Assembly: GCA_031411295.1 (NCBI GenBank)
Contig: JANOAV010000020.1
Location: forward strand, 1-32,599
Length of the DNA stretch: 32,599 bases
Source of the DNA: Verrucomicrobiales bacterium
GTDB lineage: Bacteria; Verrucomicrobiota; Verrucomicrobiia; Verrucomicrobiales; V1-33
Direction of reading: 5' to 3'
Shown: in pieces, positions 27,296 through 32,599 of the stretch
Layout of the letters: each line of letters begins with the position of its first letter
Position numbering within the stretch: position 1 is the stretch's first letter
Translations under genes and position numbers: made by a program
The notes under the pieces: generated by a model
Databases searched by the model: none
Told to the model about the DNA's origin: nothing
What the model saw: the letters and a program-made list of their open reading frames with translations, nothing else

Positions 27296-27463
27296 ATCAG
27301 GATGCCATTTTGCATGATCATGGCTAAAGTTTTAATAATCAGGGTAGAAATTAGAGTCATCAGGGCGGAAATTTAGATGAGCATGTCGAAAGTTTACAAG
27401 ATCATGGCAACATTTTACGTCATCATGGCCACATTTTGCAGCATCAGGACGACAGTTGGTTGA
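27296..27463 (+). repeat. Non-coding degenerate tandem array, 8 units of exactly 21 bp
   Basis: Units start at 27296, 27317, 27338, 27359, 27380, 27401, 27422 and 27443; approximate consensus ATCA(G/T)GGCnA(A/C)A(T/G)TTTnnnnn. Confidence 0.85.
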
Positions 27464-27504
27464 CTTTTGGTGGACATTTGGGGCTGGGGGTGGTAGGGTT
27501 GGCG

Positions 27505-28500
27505 ATGCCGTTGATGGGTCACTATTCTTATCCGGGGGTGATGGACGAGTTTCTCGCCCATTGGAGTGCTGTGGATGCGGCTTTGGTGGCTGGTGGGGGC
27601 GGTGCGGCCGGTTTGGTGGTGCGCGGTGGGGTGAATCGGCCGGGGTTTTTGGCGTTGTCCGGGGAGTTGCGCACGAAGCTGGCGCTGCTGGAGGCGAAGG
27701 ATGTGGGGGAACGGGTGGCGGCTCGGGAAATATTGTTGCGTCGGGAGGTGCTGCTGGACTGGATGGGGACGTTCTATGACACGGTGCGGCTGTGGTGGGA
27801 GGGGCGACCGGAGGGGGCGCTGGTGGTGCCGCTGCCAAACACGGGGGCAGCGCTGGATAAGGTCCTGCGGGCGGCGCGTGGGCTGTTGCGGCTGTGGGAG
27901 CGGGTGGATGGTGGATCCGCCCCGGCAGGCATGGTGCTGCCGCTGCGGGTGGGGGCCGCTCCGGGATTGGATCGGGCAGGATTTACCTTGCTGATGCAGA
28001 AGCTGGAGGATGCGCGGGAGGAGCAGGAATCGGCAGCGTTCGAGGTGTCGGCCCTGCGGGTGGAGCGGGACGCGCTGGAGGTCCGGGTGCGAAAGGTCCT
28101 GGGGGCGTATGTGCGCGCGGTGCCAGCATTATTGGCGGCGGAGCATCCGCTGCTGGCCAGTGTGCCCAGAATTTCCCCGCTGCCAGGGCACACGCCGGAG
28201 CCGGTGGCGGTGCAGGCAGAATGGCTGCCGGAAGATCAGGCGGGTAAAATTTCCTGGGCAGCCAGCGAGGACGCAGCTCTGGATCACTATGAGGTGCGGT
28301 GGTATCCAGGCGAAACCTATGATAAGAAAGAGGAACGTCTGGCGTTCTCGGTAGATAAGGAAGCGGACAGGGTGGCGTTAGTGCGGCAGGGCCAGTTCGG
28401 GCTGGTGGGACCGGGGGCGGAAGCGTCGTTTAAAGTGTATGTGGTATTAACGACGGATAATGAACGGGGATCGGCTGCGGTGGTGGTGCGGAGCGGGTGA
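27505..28500 (+). CDS. Hypothetical protein, helical N-terminus with a C-terminal FN3-like domain; paralog of 23687-24712
   Basis: Start chosen at MPLMGHYSY by alignment with MPITGPSSY of the paralog. The C-terminal ISWAAS...YEVR...FKVYVV pattern is FN3-like. Confidence 0.8.
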   Translation: MPLMGHYSYPGVMDEFLAHWSAVDAALVAGGGGAAGLVVRGGVNRPGFLALSGELRTKLALLEAKDVGERVAAREILLRREVLLDWMGTFYDTVRLWWEGRPEGALVVPLPNTGAALDKVLRAARGLLRLWERVDGGSAPAGMVLPLRVGAAPGLDRAGFTLLMQKLEDAREEQESAAFEVSALRVERDALEVRVRKVLGAYVRAVPALLAAEHPLLASVPRISPLPGHTPEPVAVQAEWLPEDQAGKISWAASEDAALDHYEVRWYPGETYDKKEERLAFSVDKEADRVALVRQGQFGLVGPGAEASFKVYVVLTTDNERGSAAVVVRSG

Positions 28501-28875
28501 GGCGGGGGACAGGGGACAGGGGACGGAGGAACGTGCAAAGCCCTGGTGAATCGCAGGCTTGGTGTGATGCACCGCTTAAAAGCGGAACTCCAACGGATGT
28601 TCTGCATCACGGAAGCATCTTTCGGGGACTGGCGGTGGTGCTTTGGCTTTCCCCATTTGGAATCGTCCATGGCTCGGTGGTGATGTCGGTGGTCCGAAAT
28701 GTCTCAAGAGTGTGGAGCTGCCCGCTGGGCTGCTCTAGGGTGTGTTTTATAACATGGTGGATGGGACGCCCTCGTCCCATCGGGTGTTGGAGGTGGCCTT
28801 GCCTCCATTCCTCGGAGCGGGGGCGCTCCGGCCACCTTCAGGCGCGAGGGCGCGCCTGCCACCCTGTGGGGCGGT

Positions 28876-31800
28876 TCATTTCCCCTCTGCAAAACAGATC
28901 ACTTTTCCGGTCATGGTGCTGAGGAACAGGTGGCCTTGGGCTGCGGCCAGGCCGTTCCAGACAGTTTGGTCCAATTTCATTTCCTTGAGCAGGGTGCCAT
29001 CGGTGGTGCGGTGGATGGTTAGCAGGCCACGTGGGGTGATGGTAAATAAATGTGTTCCGGCCACGAGCATGGCGCGATTGAATTCGCGTCGGCTATCACG
29101 TGAGGCGGTTTCCCATTGGGGGCCGAGGTCGTGGATGCGATTGATGGAGAAGGCTTCTTTGGCAATTTCCTGCTTGGGGTCATCGGCATGGACCCAGTCG
29201 TCGTTGAAGGGTTGGCTGGGCTTGAAATCCACGCGGAAGAGTTTGGAGGTGGCGGGTCGGGTGCCGAAGACGGAGGCTCCGAGACTCACGGCTTGGGGAT
29301 CGCCCTCGCGCTCGGTGGCGTAATGCCAGGCGGTGCGCGGGAGCCAGACATCGGTGGCGCTGATGTGATAGAAGCCTTTGGTCTTGCGCAGGTCAGCCTT
29401 GCCGGTCTTGAGATCGAACACGCAACGCGAGACCGCCACGCCAGCGCCATCCCGCACGGGCAGGCCGAAATACGGATACTCCAGCGCATGGATCGTGCGC
29501 CAGGGATCGCTCTCGGGGCGGGTGGTGCGGGGATCGTAGGGGGCGGGCCAGGGGGAGTTGAATCCCAGATCGTCAAATTTAGACTGCCAGACAATTTCGC
29601 CAGACTCCGGCGTAAACGCCATGACGCGCACGCCGCCATCGCTGTTAGGATGAATGCCCGCCACCGCCACGGCAATGCCATCCGTCACCAAAATACTGCC
29701 CACCACCGGGCACGCGGATTCCACTTGGCCGTGCACCGCAATGCGTCGATCCCACGGGGCGGCGCGCAGTTTGTAAATCAACGCACCGTCTTTGACGCGG
29801 AGGTAATAGATCCAGCCATCGCGACTCCCTAACAGGCATGAGCCATGGTGAATGGTGGGGGGCGTATCGATTCTGCCGCCGGTGGCAAACTCCCATTTCA
29901 CGGCCCCCGTGGCTGCTTCCAAGGCTACCAAACGATGACTGTCGCTCACGCCGACGAAGACGCAGCCCTCGGCCACGACGGGGGCGGTGAGCGGGCCTGC
30001 CAAATAGGGATTGGCGCTCCACTCGGCGGTAAACGGCTGTTTCTTGGCAGCAGGGGCGATCTCTGCCGACCATTGTGTTTGCAGATTAGCAGCCACTTCG
30101 ACGGTGGTGCCGCTGGTGCGCGAGGCATCATGACGGAAGGTGGGCCAATCTGCGTCAGAAGTCGCAACACCCGCGCTCGCAGGCCAGGCCGCACCTTTGA
30201 TTAAGGGATGATCTTCTTTTGGTGGAGTGGTGCCGCGCGCAGCCAAGGCGACACTGCCGTCCAGCATGGGATAACACACACAGTGTTTGGGAAAGGTATA
30301 GATCAGCCCATTGGCCGGCACGTAGCCGGAGCGCGCGGTGTTGCAGCCGCCGCGCGTGATGGGATTCGCCATGGGGCTGCCCGTGGTCAAATCCACGAAA
30401 TTCAATTGTCCATTGAGATAGTAGCGATCCGTTAGCACTGGGGGATAGCAATGCCCGAAACCACGGTCTCCCACTTCGTTCGTGCGGAAGCTGCGGAACG
30501 GTTTCGTGTAATCATCCAAGCCGAATTGCACGACGTTAATGCCGTTCTTCAACACGGCCTCGGTCACTAAATTCTCCCCATGCCAGAAGGCGGCCCGGAA
30601 TTCGCCATGCCGGGCGGAAGTGCTGGTGCCAAAAACTTTCTCGATCAATTTTCCGGTCTTGGCATCGATCACTACGAGGGCATATCGCTCCTCGTCCTTG
30701 AGCTTCTGGTTGTTGGCATAGCGTTCTTTCCAATCGATGGGAAACCGCATTTCATAAACGATGCGATCATTCCCCAGTGCACCTTGTTCCGTGCGTCGGG
30801 CCCATTCGTAGGTCTGGGTCCAGCGAAGTTTCCCCGTAGTGAGTTCCCGAGCGCTGATCTTTCCTTCGGTGGCTCCTTTCTTGTCATTGCCTTCGATGTA
30901 AAACACCGTTTCCGCACTGGCAATCAAGGTGCCGGCCAGTTGGGTGGCTTCCTGCCAGCGGAGCTTGCCTGATAAGGCATCGAAGGCCCGCACGGCATCT
31001 TCGGATAAGGTGACCACGGTGGGTGCGGCCCCGTTGCTCGCTTCAATGACCACGGCATCATAAGGCGTGTTCGCTTCGGCAAAGATGCGATTTACCTTGC
31101 CGGTGGCGGCATCCAGCGCGGCATACTTGCCATCCTCCAGCAGCGCATAGACTTGCTCTCCCACCGCCACGATGAGCGCGGAAACTTTCTCGCGATACTC
31201 CCAATCGAACTCTTTCCCAACTTTCAATTTCGCCTGCCAGAGCGGTAAGCCATTGCAGGCATCACGCGCGACTAGCGCGCCTTTGTCCTGACTGAAGACG
31301 CGGCCGTTGGCAGTGACGAAATGGCAGCGCTCGCTCAGCACAGGGGATGGCAGCAGCCACTGGATGCGCTCCGGCATGGCCACCACGTTGTCGTGGGAAA
31401 CGGGATTGCGCTCTGGGCCATGTCGCCAGTGGGTCCAGTCGTCCATCTCTGCGGGACGTGGTTTGACGATGCGCTTGGTCTTGCCGCCACGAAGATCCAG
31501 CATTTCCCCAAATGGCCGCAGGACGCGCAGGCATTCCGTTTCGGCGGGCACGGCTGCGCCATCGTTCACGACCAGAAGAGAGACCAGTTGGTCCGCATAC
31601 GGCAACTCTCCGGTGCCTGCGGCTTCCACGGTGACACGGCCTTCCAGTCCCTGCTGGCGATAGAACTCCCGTTCGGCGTGGAGCATCATTTCTGTGGCCT
31701 GTGGCAAATGACGTTGGATCAGAAATGGTGCGTTCAGGGCGAGTTGCGCCACGGCTTCCTTATCTGCGTTGCCCAACCAAACACAGATGCCGCCGCTGAT

Positions 31801-31932
31801 GCGGGACTCTGGCGCAAGCTGCGGCATGCCCACTGGTGTTGGGGCGGCCTGAGCAGTCTGAGTAAGCGTGGGCGAGAGCAGGGTGATGATGCAGAGCGGG
31901 AAATGAAATCGCATGGGGTAAATCATGCTCAC
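28876..31932 (-). CDS. Secreted PQQ-binding-like beta-propeller repeat protein (BamB-like repeats, N-terminal methyltransferase-like domain)
   Basis: Signal peptide; LPYADQLV...ECLRVLRPFG, DDWTHWRHGP and DWPTFRHDASRTSG motifs; repeated ALDA.TG...W units. Confidence 0.85.
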   Translation of the reverse strand: MSMIYPMRFHFPLCIITLLSPTLTQTAQAAPTPVGMPQLAPESRISGGICVWLGNADKEAVAQLALNAPFLIQRHLPQATEMMLHAEREFYRQQGLEGRVTVEAAGTGELPYADQLVSLLVVNDGAAVPAETECLRVLRPFGEMLDLRGGKTKRIVKPRPAEMDDWTHWRHGPERNPVSHDNVVAMPERIQWLLPSPVLSERCHFVTANGRVFSQDKGALVARDACNGLPLWQAKLKVGKEFDWEYREKVSALIVAVGEQVYALLEDGKYAALDAATGKVNRIFAEANTPYDAVVIEASNGAAPTVVTLSEDAVRAFDALSGKLRWQEATQLAGTLIASAETVFYIEGNDKKGATEGKISARELTTGKLRWTQTYEWARRTEQGALGNDRIVYEMRFPIDWKERYANNQKLKDEERYALVVIDAKTGKLIEKVFGTSTSARHGEFRAAFWHGENLVTEAVLKNGINVVQFGLDDYTKPFRSFRTNEVGDRGFGHCYPPVLTDRYYLNGQLNFVDLTTGSPMANPITRGGCNTARSGYVPANGLIYTFPKHCVCYPMLDGSVALAARGTTPPKEDHPLIKGAAWPASAGVATSDADWPTFRHDASRTSGTTVEVAANLQTQWSAEIAPAAKKQPFTAEWSANPYLAGPLTAPVVAEGCVFVGVSDSHRLVALEAATGAVKWEFATGGRIDTPPTIHHGSCLLGSRDGWIYYLRVKDGALIYKLRAAPWDRRIAVHGQVESACPVVGSILVTDGIAVAVAGIHPNSDGGVRVMAFTPESGEIVWQSKFDDLGFNSPWPAPYDPRTTRPESDPWRTIHALEYPYFGLPVRDGAGVAVSRCVFDLKTGKADLRKTKGFYHISATDVWLPRTAWHYATEREGDPQAVSLGASVFGTRPATSKLFRVDFKPSQPFNDDWVHADDPKQEIAKEAFSINRIHDLGPQWETASRDSRREFNRAMLVAGTHLFTITPRGLLTIHRTTDGTLLKEMKLDQTVWNGLAAAQGHLFLSTMTGKVICFAEGK

Positions 31933-32051
31933 TAGGCGCGGCTATGACAATCTAATTTCTCGACGCTGCTCCGTAAGGGATGCGGGCACTGCCGTAGAGG
32001 GCGACGTTAGGTGACTAGCAACAGGCTTATTCCTGGTTGCGTTCAAGATGG

Positions 32052-32288
32052 TTTGATCCCGGAGGGATCTCAGAAATTAGCCGGGGGTTGAGCGTCAGCG
32101 ATACCCCCGGTATCCCAACGAGATTACCGCATCCCGGCAGGGATGCCAGAATAGCATGGTGCCAAGCCATTTCCTCTCATATTGCTGATCTGGCATCCCT
32201 GCCGGGATGCGATTCTTTTGGCCCTCTGACCGGGGGTATCGCTATCGCTCAACCCCCGGCTAATTTCTGTCAAGCCTCCGGCTTGAAT
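32052..32288. repeat. REP/REPIN-like long inverted element
   Basis: CAGAAATTAGCCGGGGGTTGAGCG...GCGATACCCCCGGT...GCATCCCGGCAGGGATGCCAGA is mirrored by TCTGGCATCCCTGCCGGGATGC...ACCGGGGGTATCGC...CGCTCAACCCCCGGCTAATTTCTG. Confidence 0.85.
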
Positions 32289-32462
32289 CTGATGAGATTG
32301 CATTTTGAACGCAATTTAGAATTAGACATCTCGGTCTACGGGGAAACTAGGTGGCCTCAGGGTAGAGTTAATGGGAACCTGCGTTGGAGTCCCACGCTTT
32401 TGGCTGAGGAACATGCAGAGCCGCTTGGCATGGTGCACTTGCGTGATGCACCGCCTAAAGGC

Positions 32463-32599
32463 CAATGCCTTTAAGGATTGGTGATGGTGATGGTTTTGAC
32501 GAGCGGTTGGGAGCTGGGGATTTTGGTTTTGGGCCAGGCTTTGACGGGTTGGCGCAGGGTGCGGGGACAGCTCCTCGGCGGGCGTTCCTTGATCAGGGC
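32463..32599 (-). mobile_element. Right end of a probable IS4-family element (transposase C-terminus and terminal repeat), cut by the window edge
   Basis: Minus-strand open frame ALIKERPPRSCPRTLRQPVKAWPK...NP* (stop at 32471-32473) runs into ...CCTTAAAGGCATTG. CAATGCC termini and R..PR-rich tails are typical of IS4-family elements. Confidence 0.55.

Noticed and set aside
27296..27463. 21-bp array as a mini-CRISPR
   Set aside because: Units are contiguous and degenerate, with no constant repeat and unique spacer structure.
27332..27838. Pro-rich 168-aa minus-strand ORF ending in heptad-like repeats
   Set aside because: It is the antisense shadow of the GC-rich 27505-28500 gene and stops inside the 21-bp array.

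Overview
Bacterial chromosomal window; gene content and palindromic repeat styles suggest Verrucomicrobia (inference). 1-13.2 kb is a defence island. It holds the leader-proximal part of a type I-C CRISPR array, a complete minus-strand cas3-cas5-cas8c-cas7-cas4-cas1-cas2 set, a PIN/VapC toxin abutting cas3, a Phd-like antitoxin, vWA and HIRAN genes, a divergent CapW/BrxR-like WYL regulator and an Rpn-family nuclease. The key observation lies in the 226-bp gap that splits the antitoxin from the toxin: a solitary antisense type I-C repeat (9240-9271), a short spacer and a long hairpin. The spacer matches a TTC-PAM-flanked site about 50 bp upstream of the toxin-cas3 operon (9160-9179), with mismatches only at positions 6 and 12 over the first 17 nt. 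That is the expected signature of a crRNA-like RNA guiding Cascade to repress the toxin/cas promoter. 13.2-21.9 kb is ordinary: RND efflux pair, secreted glycoside hydrolase, esterase, ruvA, tRNA-Tyr. 21.9-32.6 kb is a patchwork. It contains a probably truncated GH-like gene, a frameshifted moaC fragment, two paralogous helical plus FN3-like genes (one preceded by a non-coding 21-bp periodic array), a group II intron 3' remnant at an attC-like junction, a low-GC PvuII-like R-M pair, several REP-like palindromes, a PQQ-like beta-propeller gene and the end of an IS4-like element. All protein calls rest on motif recognition by eye, not on database searches.
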